DNA of 64,000 bases from Marsupella aquatica. Its lineage: Eukaryota; Plantae; Marchantiophyta. The DNA lies in assembly GCA_973895155.1 (NCBI GenBank), contig OZ316897.1:10873832-10937831 (forward strand), read 5' to 3'. Under the pieces are notes generated by a model. That model was not told the DNA's origin and did no database searches. It saw only the letters and a program-made list of their open reading frames with translations. This document shows, in pieces, positions 11,636 through 23,168 of this stretch; positions within the stretch are counted from its first letter, which is position 1; every line of letters starts with the position of its first letter. The position numbers and the translations under genes were made by a program.

Positions 11636-14460
11636 CTTAATGGAGAGCTGGTGAGCCTGGAGGATTCAAGGTCTAATGTCTAATTGTTTGGAGTGAAGCG
11701 TATTAGGGGTTGAACTCCGAAAACTCGTCTATTCCGGGAGTACAGGGCTGTAAGTTGGCGGGAGCAAGAAGGCCAAAGATGTTCTTGAGGCGCAGACTTC
11801 TGAATTGTGGAAGAGACACAATATCATGGCAATTATCAAATATATGCTTCGATCAAGAGATTGAAGAGCAGCTACATAAAAGCTGAGGTCAAAACTTCGA
11901 GCAAAGCAGCCATGGACAATTTGTTCGATATCCGGATCTGAAGCGTACGTAGTACGATCCGTTGCAGGATGAATTAAAAGTCCACCGATTTGCCGCTGGG
12001 AAACATACTAGCAAGATTAACCAATCGACTGCAGCAAGAAGAGAAACATAGAAACATCCTAGCAAGATTAACCAATCGACCGCAGCAAGAAGAGAAACAA
12101 AGAAAGTCTGAAATGACGACACTGCAAGCAGTGGTCGGGGCACTGAAATAAGTTTAGATGTGAAGCCTCGTTTGAAAGCCAGAGAACTATATACTACAGG
12201 AGCAGCAGATATCCAATGTCAAGGCAATCATGAATATATGCTCAGCTAGTCTTCGGTCGGGGCACTGAAATAAGTCTTAATGAGAAGCCTTGTTTTGAAT
12301 GAACCAGAGAAAGACGTGGTAAGGAGAAGATCAGACATCCAATGTCATGACAATCATGAACTATATGCTTCGATGAAGCGAAGAGCAGCTACGGACATCT
12401 GAGATCAATCTTTTTAACATGGCAGCTTGTCGCATTTGTCGTCCTATATCCGGATCTGGAGCGTATCACGATCCGTTACAGGATGCATTATAAGTCGACC
12501 ATATTCCCGACGGGAAACATACTAGCAAGATCAACCAATCGCCCGCAGCAAGAAAAGAAACAAAGAAAGTATGACGACACGGCAAGTAGTCTTTGGTCGC
12601 GCACTGAAATAAGTTTAATTAGACGAGAAGACTCTTTTGAACGAGCCAGAGAAATAGTACACGACAAGATCAGGTTAATTAACAATGGGTGCAGGTGAGA
12701 GTTGAAGGTGTTATCGCGCAATACTGACCGCTGAACTTACTCGTAGCGAGCAGGTTAAGTGACGGTAAATGGAACATAATGCGTACCTCTGACGTTGAAA
12801 ACACTGGCCCAAAATCTGATCAAAGCATGTACGCATCGATCACACTCACAGACCTGCCTCCGATTGCAAACTGTCTGACCCTCACGAAGCCAATCACCAA
12901 GGGCACTCTTCTGAATATCCCTCTAAATTGCAATGAGAGGACGAGCTCGAACGGAATTTTTTCTGGGATTGGAAGCGGAATACCTATCAAACCCACTCAG
13001 GAGCTGATTGTGCCTGCAATGCGTTCTGCGCGCATAGAGCAGGAATGTTCGAAGTCGGGTTGAGTCAGTGTCTGAATGATCTAAAGCGCGATGCCGGCTT
13101 CAATGCAATCTTTCTATGTAAGAATACGATGTCTGCGTCTCGATCCCGGAGTCACACACCTATCTCATTTGGTTTGGGTTTCCTTTATATATAGGTAACT
13201 ACGAAGGGAAGTGGAGGAATCACATTTGCTGGATGTTCGCTGACATTACGACTCAATGTGCGCTGTGACGCCATAGTTGCGCTGAGGTCAGCATTTTCGG
13301 ACGAGTAAATCTGGCTTGAGTACGCGAGGATCTGGTTTCACATGTGATCCCCGATGGTCTTCCCCTTTTGACTAAATTTCGAGGTCACTGTGAGTACTCT
13401 GTAGTCTGTACACCACTGTCTCACTTTACAGGGACAGACAGAAAGAGAGCTGCCGCTGACTTCTTGTAAAGCCGCCCTAACCGCTCAAATCATTCTCTCC
13501 TCGTGCAATAGTTATAAACCATTCTAGATTACTTTGTCAAAAGAATGAATCCGTCCACAGAACCTTCAAAAGCACTTCCGTGCTTGTCGCTCTCCAGACT
13601 CAACGAGCACCTCACCATTGACCTCCCTCGCAAGTTATGAATTCGACGAGGAAAAACCAACGATGAGGCATTCGTGACAAGCTTCTACACTCAGTTAATC
13701 AATCATGTTTGCTTGTAAACCTTCTACGGTGATGATGGGAACGATAAGTCGAAAAAACAACACAGGACGATTGGAGCGGGTGGATTGCGGACATCATTGG
13801 AAAACTCTGTCCATACTCAGCGTAGATGCCATGTTTGTCCTCGTTTGCAGTAGTCCTCGATCACTTTATTATGGACTAGTAGGACTAGTAGGATAGGATT
13901 CAATACAGTCATCATTGTCCTGTCAGAATTCGCCGACTAGAATCGTCGTTCCAGTCGAGAAGATCGATGCAAATCATCGTAATTTTGCGAGCGTCGCATA
14001 TTACTCATCGGTATCACGTGTTAGATATCCATTTCAAGGGAAAGCTGCATGCGGTATCGAGAATAAAGACGGGAACTTTGCACCAGATTCGGTACTGAAC
14101 GACAGCAGATAGCTTTGACTGAATCCGGTGACATTGAATGTGGTCGAGCAGCTACTACTCTCCATCCATGACGTTACGCTCCATCCATGAAGTTACAGAG
14201 CGCCCTGCGGGTAATCATAGATCATCAAGATGTGGTAATATAAGAGGGATTGGCTGGATGGACCCCAAAATGAAATGTGTTATTTGAAAGGACAAGTAAG
14301 TAATATAAGGTGTGCACTCATTAATTTAAAGAAAAGAACAATGGAGGGATGTACTACAAGATATACACTCCTATAATATAGGGGTTGTGCCATGTTTTTG
14401 AAGTGGTCCTCTCATTCAAATTTGCAGGGTACAAAAATTGAGAAATCCTGCTAGGGAGAA

Positions 14461-14660
14461 AGAATAAAGCCAAACAGTGAATTTAGTTTAGGGTGAAATG
14501 GAAAAGAGTCACACCATTGTTACATAGGGAATCAAATGAGATCAACAAAAACAAGGTACCATAAGAATAAAGCCAAACAGTGAATTTAGTTCAGTGTGAA
14601 ATGGAAAAGAGTCACACCATTGTTACAGAGATAATCAAATGAGATAAACAAAAACAAGGT
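14461..14660. repeat. ~102-bp tandem duplication
   Basis: agaataaagccaaacagtgaatttagtt...agagtcacaccattgttaca...aacaaaaacaaggta occurs twice. Confidence 0.85.
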
Positions 14661-14661
14661 A

Positions 14662-15833
14662 TCGTGAACTCTGGATAAACGCACCCTCTCGGGAAGACAG
14701 ATCTGGCGTGCACTAAACCAGGTGTTGCATCCATGCAACCAACCAGAGCTAAACTCGCAATCCTTGACAGCCAGTACCTTCTCCAAGAGTCGGGCTTGCA
14801 ATCCCTTAGCTATCTCAACAATCAAATCCTCAGAAATTGTCACTCGAGCTTCCTGGGCAGTGAGGAACCAATGATACAAGCTTTCTTCCAGATCTGAGCA
14901 AAGTGCACTACTATTTAGTTTGACTTCATTTGCAGTCACATTGGAAAGCAATGAGAAAGATTTCTTCAAGATTCTACCAACAGTAGTTTGATTTACCTTA
15001 CTTAGCGCCAAATGTTTCTGAAGCCCATTCAACTAGAGCTTTGTTTGTGAGCTCTGGATGCTTTTGCTTGTGGTGACACATTTCTCTCTTCTGCTTGTGA
15101 GTTAGTGTTGTCACCTTGAAACTCCATGTTGATTCCACTTGACTACCCCAATGATTCACGAGCTACCGTACCACAAGCTACAGTGCGCAGCAGTGTTCAC
15201 ATGTGCTATGGACCCCGTAGTCAGCCTTGTACCTTGATCCCTGCCCTAATTCTTTGCCCAAACTCCTTAAGTGCATTATGTACTCTACTAATAATCGGCA
15301 TGCCTTTATTGGTAAATGACATTTCTGGAGTTTATGCATTTACATATAAGCGCATTTAATCACTTATCCAGGGTAAGCGCTTAGAAAGTTGTCTCTTAGC
15401 GAAATGATTTCAGCCCTATGTGCGCTTAGGAAAAAATGCTTAAAAACTGCTTAATCAATAGTTTCACTAATTCTGGAATATTATTAACGATTTGGAAATT
15501 TCATAACAACTTTTTGGAAATTTAAATCAACTAAATTGTAGATAAATATGAAACTTATCAATATCATATTTGAAATTTTTTTATCAAGATATATGAAGCT
15601 TAACAAGCTACTTCTAATAAATCTATGCATAACATACAATGTACTCTAGAACTCAAGTTATAGGGAAAAGAATAATTGGTGTTGGAAATTTCATGATCAA
15701 AAATTGGACAAAAGAATGTCCAGATTAGTGAAATCATTGAAATATCCCGTGTAAAAAAAAAGGGAAGAACAAGATGGCATGCAATAATCCAAGGTAAGCG
15801 TTTATGGAGTGTGCGTTTATCCAGAGTTCACTC
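14662..15833 (-). mobile_element. Internally deleted pogo/Tc1-mariner-type DNA transposon with CENP-B/Tc5 HTH transposase remnant (~14715-15050)
   Basis: TIRs gtgaactctggataaacgcac (14664) and gtgcgtttatccagagttcac (15811-15831), TA on both flanks. Peptide VNQTTVGRILK...LEESLYHWF...TISEDLIVEIAK...FSSGWL fits the Tc5 HTH. No DDE domain seen. Confidence 0.82.
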
Positions 15834-16773
15834 TACTATAGTAACACAATGCACCAGGATCAATGTGTGTCTTCACTCAATGCAATGCAATGCAATGCAA
15901 GTGAGTACTCTACATACTCAAATGGTGTACATACTCAATAAAATAACATTGCATAGTTTGGTGTAATACTTGGTCCGGGAGGAGTTTAATTGCAGATACT
16001 ACTTAATCAATATTACAAGCACTACTACATATTGGCCCCTTTTGCGAAGCTTTTTTGTACGCCGGGATTGTCTTGCGATGTCATCGACTTCAGATATTTT
16101 GTGATCAAACACGCATCACAATAAACCATGCTCAAAGGTTCGCAACATAGTGTTGCGAAGCTAAATACCTCGCAATTTGTTTGAGATCGGATTGAATTCG
16201 CAACTCTTTCAGATACTATTCGTCTCGCAAAGTATTTGTGGATCCGCGACCATCGCGACTGCATTTGGATCTCTTTTGTTTCATAATTTAGTGATAATAA
16301 TGTACTCAAATATATCTTGTGAACCTATTAGCTTCGCACAATATTGTGAAGTATAAATAGTCGCAAGTTACCGAAGCCAGTTGATTCGCAAAGTTGAGAA
16401 CCCATTGGCATCACAATTACCGATGGTGTGTTATTCACAAAGTGTTCAGAAGTTGCTTCTTGACAAGCTTGAAAATGTTTTGCAAAGAGAGTTGTTTGAA
16501 AAGTTTGTAGAATGGAAATGTTTGAGAGAGTTTCTTTACAAGATGGAGAATGCATGTGTTTAGGTTACAGCTAGGGTTTTCAGAAAGGTGGCATGCATGA
16601 GGATAGCTTTGGAAACGGCTAGGGTTGCATATATAACAGTGAGATGAAATTTCAAAGTCCAATTAAGTGTTTGTAAAACAAAAAAAGAAAATTAATATGT
16701 TAATATAAATAAAACCATGATAGTTAGTTTAGGGTCAAATTTTGGGCCCACAACAAGTTTTACTACTAGTGCA

Positions 16774-19700
16774 TCAAACCTGGTCCTCATCCTCTCCTCC
16801 ATTTGACACAATAATAACGTCAGGTTTTTCCGAGATAATGGAATGGGAACGTGGCACATACGGTATAACAACTGACCACTCTGGGTCTGGTGGGTACGGA
16901 ATATAGAAACACTGCTCAAGATGACTTGGGAATGTAAATGGTTCAGATGTTTGTCAATGAGATGGTTGAAAGCTAGTTGTTGATGTCTTCAGTCGAGTAA
17001 CCCCACACTCATCAAGAAGTACCGTGCGATTATCACCAACCAGGTGAATTTTGAACCACTTACACTTGAAGACATACTCTTCAAATTTGGAATCGGCATC
17101 ATAGGATATGATCAAGATCTCCTCAATCTTCCCATAGTGAGGCACCACATCTCTGATCACATTAGTGTCATGACGGCTACTTTGTGAATCTTGCATGAAC
17201 TGCCCTTGAACTCCACAATCAAAAGTTCTTCCCCTCTTCTCATCAAGGTCAGAAATCCTGAAATGCCTCCCTTGTGTCCACATTGCTGTTCTGGTCTGAA
17301 CAAGTCTTAAAGGACCATGAACAATTGTTCGAACCTCAGGAGTCATATCTGGAATATGTGATACATTCTCACCTTGGGCCACCATAGCATCCAACTGAAG
17401 TACTTTCTCCTTCATATACTCAAGGAACTTTGGAAAGATCCTTGGGCGACGACTCTCCCTCTTTGCATCCTCATAAAACTCTCTCCAATCTTCCATCACA
17501 TTGTTGTTACTCAACATGAAAGTACTAACCTGTGTCAACTCCACTACGGTTAGTAAGCGTGTTTTTTTTGCACCTGTTAAACGGTCCTCCTCCACTTCCC
17601 TCTCTTCCATCCAAGTGCGTGGACAACTAGGATCAATGGTAGCTAAGATGTTACTACAATAAAACATACTCTCAGCTGCCAAGTATCCAGTTGCCATGCT
17701 CCCCTCCACTCGTGCACGGTTCCGTACATAAGCCTTTAACACGACCATATACCTTTCCAGCCAATACATCCACCTACAATGCACCGGACCGGCAATGGCA
17801 ACCTCCCTCACAAGATGAACGAGAAGATGCACCTGACAATCAAAGAAGGAAGGAGGGAGGGCCTTCTCCAACTTGCATACCACCTCTGCTGCCAATACCT
17901 CCATCCGTGGTATCTCTTCTTCATATATTTCCTTTGAGCATATCCATCTCAACAAAGTGCCCAGTGACCAAAGGGCGTCTTGCACTTCTTCACTCCCCAA
18001 ACCTATGATTGCCACAGGAAGTATATGTTGTAGTAAACGATGATAGTCATGTGTCTTGAGATACATTGGTCATTTATGACTGTCCTCCATCCCAAAAGCC
18101 TTACGTAGATTGGCACCATAGCCTGTAGGAAACCGCAGCTGCCCTATGCGTTGTCGAAACTCTCTTCTTTCACCAACACTCAAAACCCATGGAGCTGAAG
18201 GACGATGTTCCATCCCTGTGGATTCATCAACTATTATCCATACATCTGGATGTTGTTCTAGATCCTGGCATGCCTCCCTAAAATTAATGTTCTTTTCCCC
18301 ATAAAAGTGCTTGATCAAAGCCTTCCCAACATTTCCCTCTATATGCATGGGGTCTAACAAGTGATGAATCTTCAACTCAGGCCAATAGGGCAAAGTGGCC
18401 AGTATACTCCACCTTGTCGATCCACTACCATCAAATCCCATGGCATCTTCAGGGTCTGCCACCCTATCAGCAATGGATTTCCAATACGAAAATGTTGTGC
18501 GATCAGGTATCTCACGCTCATCACCATTGATCATGTCAAAGTCTGAAAAAAAGGGGTCAGACCTCATGTGATGCCCAAGTGGAAGAAACTTGGTATGACC
18601 AAGGTAGATTATCTTGTGCAGCCATTTTGAGTACTTGGCCATATCGTGCAGGCTTGGACCACAAGTGGAGCATGCCTTGTACCCTTGAGTTTGGAACCCA
18701 GAAACAAACCCAAACCCTGCTCACAAAATAACATTCTCAATTAGTCAAAGGAATTGAAAAGTTCATGTACATAGAATTAAAGAGGGACTTCCTTCCAAAC
18801 AAACTTGATCTCCTGGATAGTCATGCATGGTCCACATAATGATTCCCTTCAATTGGAAGACACGTGGTAACCCTCCTGTAGTTGTCCGACCATCATATGC
18901 CCATACACCCCCCCATAATTTATGGAGTTCCCCAACCAAGAGCGCCAAGTAGGTGTCCATGTTTTTTACCTTAGATGGACCTGGGATAATCAATGATAGC
19001 AATAAGAATCCCTTTTTCATGGACAACCATGGAGGAAGGTTGTAATTCATAACAACCATCGGCCAAACCGAAGTAGGGCGCCCTTTCCCTCCAAGGGAGT
19101 GTGGGCTCACCCCATCTGATGCCAACCCCAACCTCACATGACGAGGGTCACGTGCAAACTCTGGCCATTGTGACTCCACATGCTTGTGAGCAGGGGAATC
19201 AACTGGCAACCGCATGACACCGGCCTCTGATTGATGTGTCTTATGCCATACCATCAATTCTGCCAAGTCAGAACATCGGTACATGTGCAACAATCGAGGA
19301 ATAATAGGAAACCAACGAACAGCTTTTCTAGGCACCTTTGAGGTCAACATGTTGGTTTCATATCGAGGCTCTTGACAAATTGGACACTCAGTTGCGTTGG
19401 CATTGGTCTCATGATAGAGAATGCAGTCATTCACACAAGCATGAATGATATGGTATTCCATGCCAATGGATGATAGAACCCTCTTTGCCTCCTTCCAAGT
19501 TCCTGGCAACACATTTTCACTGGGTAACAAGAGATCATGGCAAATTGCAAACAAATCCGATAGTAGCGCATTGCTTGCCTTGTGTTTTGCCTGAAGATTC
19601 ATCAATGCCAAGATGGCAGATAGTCTATTCAAACGAGCACCCCCATAAATAGATGTTCTAGCATGTGCCTCAGCTTCTTCCCATTGTTTTTGTCCTTCAG

Positions 19701-21300
19701 GTGTACGTTGAGGCCTTGGATCATGTGCAACATTTGGTGGAGGATCTCCTTCATTGGGTGGGACACCTCCTTCACCACCAATGTCTACACCAAACCAATT
19801 TGTCATGAAGTCATCCATGGCTGACTCTTGGTCTTGCATGACCTCATAATCTGTCCGAGGTGCCCCTTCATCTGGACTGTCATTATCATTGTCACTTGAT
19901 GAGGAATCTGCTGATGATGTTTCCCCGTCTTGTGGCAAGCCCATTTCTTGATATGTAGCTCTCAACCTCCTTGGCAACATATCTTAACTAGGCCGCACAT
20001 TCTATAGACAATACAATAAAGCATTCACAATGAAATTAACTCCAAATATAGTAGTGCTCGAAACATATTATTAACAATATAAAAAGAACATGTCATTACA
20101 AAACATACGTTCACATACAATGAACATATAATACATGTCCCTAAAGTAATCCTAATCCCATTCATAATGTGTAAACAACTCCTCTCCAGCCAGAATGGTC
20201 CTATTAGCTACAACTAGACAATGGTCATGATGATATCTCTGCCCATAAGGGGCTGGAGGGGGACCATCTCACAGTTTTTCCTACGCTTAGGCTGGGTCCC
20301 CACAGTATTGTTGATGAAACCGGCAATATTCCCACTACGGATGGGATCACCATCAATTATACGCTGGTCACAATACTTTCTGGTGCAACCATCAAAAGTA
20401 TCCATGTCCAATGCATAAGTCTTCCACTCAGGGTGTTGAACAAGGATCATGTTCCAATGTCTCCTCTTGTAAATGGGTCCACCATACGGGAACAACGTTG
20501 GTCCATCCAAAGAGCGCCCTTTTCCACCCATATCATCCACAATAATGTCCTGAGAAGAGAAAATCCCATACCCATGCCTCTCCCCTAGGATCGAACTCTT
20601 GACAACCCAACGTCTTCCCCAAACTTCTATCTCCTCACCATAGGTTATATCACATGGCAAACCAAGGCACTCCGGATTCCAATCCTTTATGATAGGAACA
20701 CACTTCCCTGTGAAGGTACAAGGGCCCCATCTACCATCAACCCTACAAGTGTACTGATCCACTTCCCCTCTAGGCTGTCTTTTTTACTTTTTTTTCCCTC
20801 TTGTAACAATACCGTCACCCTGAATTGTCCCAACACTACCTTGCCCTGCTGCCACTAAACGAAAAGCTTGTGAAAGTGCCGAGCCTATAGCATCTAGAAC
20901 TCCTTGTGAGGGAACATAGGGTGTTGGTGTAGTGGGTGTAGGCCTACTGGATACCTGTAGGAAGAAATGGAACCAAGTGAGTGTGATGAACCTCCCAAAT
21001 TTTATTTTATGCTACCTAGCAAGATTTACAAAATAAAATGGAAATCACAGTAAGTTTACGACTCACCATACGGGATGAAGAAGCTCCCGGTGTAAGACCT
21101 CGATGTTGGCCATATCGAGCAATGTGCTCCGCACATACATATGACTTTTGGACAACCATCCCCACACATTTTTTACAACCACAAAGTTGGCATGGTGGAC
21201 CACTAGGTCGACGTACGGTTGGTTCAGGCTGAGGAGGAGGACGACTTTCTTCATCGGAAGAGAAATCTGATGTGGTGGAAGTTGTAGAGGATGAAGACAT
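16774..21300 (-). pseudogene. CACTA Tnp2/TnpD transposase (transposase-associated Cys/His exon, Transposase_21, DUF4218- and DUF4216-like regions); predicted exons 21300-21067, 20001-18813, 18716-16774
   Basis: Motifs IHACVNDCILY, FPIIPRL, RHVRLGLASDG, YNLPPWL, MHDYPG, LDPMHIEGNV, LKTHDYH, FFDCQVHLLVHL, GPVHCRWMYWLERYM, FKCKWF, EPFTFP. In-frame stops at 19984-86, 18070-72 and 16954-56; donor at 18812 is non-canonical (GA). Confidence 0.9.
20152..20954 (-). pseudogene. SET-domain (protein-lysine-methyltransferase-like) exon inside the CACTA element; one nonsense codon (20784-86) and one frameshift (~20268)
   Basis: VVKSSILGERHGYGIF (motif I), FPYGG (II), IIDGDPIRSGNIAGFINNT...NCE (III). After the frameshift: DHCLVVANRTILAGEELFTHYEWD* (IV). 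Acceptor ctacAG at 20956-55. Confidence 0.82.
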
Positions 21301-21734
21301 CTGACAAGTATAGCAATTGGAAGGCGATTAGTAAAAACTTCACCAAAACCATCATTGATAATCCCTACCTAAACATATTAAAAAGAATTGACAGAAAAAT
21401 ACCTTTATGAGACCCGGGCTTAGCAATGCCTTGACGGATCTTGTGGCTCAAATTTCATGAACCAAACCTGGAAGAAGGAGGGGAAAATCTGCCAATATAC
21501 AATGAATTAAGCCATGCCTTATGGTGAACCAGAAAAAAAGGATGATAGATTGTAACCCTCCATATTTACAGCAATGACTAGAAATGCATGAGAAAACGTT
21601 ATACCTTTCAGATGCCCGGGCTCTCGCAAGGCATTATCATGCATTAGCCAAAACTTTAAAAAACATGGGGAAGTGCCCTACAACGCCAAAGAGTTTTCCA
21701 CTCCATGTTAATGAGATAGAGAAAGAAATATAAG

Positions 21735-22700
21735 TAACCCAAACCCTACCCTAAACCCAAACCATGAAATGAAACCTTCATTAAAACCTAACCCAAATCC
21801 CTCAATCACCCTAAACCCTTACCCTCACCCTAACCAATACCCAAATCCCTCATTAAAAATTCAACCCTTTACCCTAAACCCAAACCCCTACCCTAAACCC
21901 AAACCATGAAATGAAACCCTTCATTAAAACCTAACCCAAATCCCTCAATCCCCCTAAACCCTTACCCTTATCCTAACCAATACCCAAATCCCTCATTAAA
22001 AATTCAAACCCTTACCCTAAACCCAAACCCCTACCCTAAACCCAAACCATGAAATGAAACCCTTCATTAAAACCTAACCCAAATCCCTCAAGCACCCTAA
22101 ACCCTTACCCTTATCCTAACCAATACCCAAATCCCTCATTAAAAATTCAAACCTTTACCCTAAACCCAACCCAAATTCCCCAATTACATATAAAACCCTT
22201 ACCCTATCTACACCTTACTTTACCTATATAGGCCAACCCCCACCCCTAGAGTTATTCTAAACTTCACCCTAACCCCTAAATTGAGGCCCTTTTTAAAACT
22301 TAAGCAAAAATCGTACCCCCTCAATTAGAACCAAATCCAACCCTATATCATGTTACACCCCAACCCAAACACTTACATTAGAAACCCAACCCCTTTAAAA
22401 AAACCACAATTAAACCCCCCAACTAAAAACCAAACCCAATCCCTTTAAAAAACAACCACAATTCAACCCCTCAACTAAAACCAAACCCAACCCCTGTAAT
22501 TACTCACAACCTAATGCAAACCTCTACCTTGAACCCTAAGCCAAACCCATTAATTTAAACCCAACCCTTTTATTCCAACCTAACCCAAGTTTTAACCCCC
22601 TTAATTAAACCAAATACTCCTAGATTAAAACCAAATATGAACCTAACCTTTAATTAAACCCAAACCTTTGTTAACTTATATTCTAGTTATCCTTACAACC
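21735..22700. repeat. C/A-rich tandem array (~143-bp unit x3, then degenerate) rich in telomere-like CCCTAAA/AACCCT motifs
   Basis: accctaaacccaaaccatgaaatgaaacc unit starts near 21740, 21885 and 22025; the + strand is almost G-free over ~1 kb. Confidence 0.85.
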
Positions 22701-23168
22701 CAAACATCCATTGACACCCCTTCCATGTTAACTTATGGGCACTTAACATACCTTAAATGTCGTTTGACAAACCTTAATAGCCGTTTGACACCCCAAAGTG
22801 TTTTCCAACCCTAAACAGATAAGACCTGCCGTTATAGAATCTTTTCACAAGTTAGAGAATCTTTTTGCGAACCTACGGCCTTCGCACTTACTTCGCAAAA
22901 ATAGAGGCCAAGAACGATTTTTTGGGTCTTCTGCGGGTTGCGATGGCCTTGCGAAGGGAATAGAATTTGGAAGTGCCTCGCAAGTTGCGAGACTATTTGC
23001 GAGGGCGCGGGCTTTGCAGTTTCCCATGCGTATGTCATCGCAAACCCATTTTTGAACGGCGTAAACATCGGCGGGAGCTCGCATTCGGGCTCATTTCAGT
23101 TTTTGAGCGAGACGAGAAGGGCCGGGGCGCGCGCGACAGTACGAGGGAGACTGTGAGAGAGGGGAGCT

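Noticed and set aside
21735-22700. True telomere or chromosome-fusion scar
   Set aside because: The repeats are degenerate, organised in ~143-bp higher-order units and lie inside a TIR-bounded transposon; there is no perfect (CCCTAAA)n tract.
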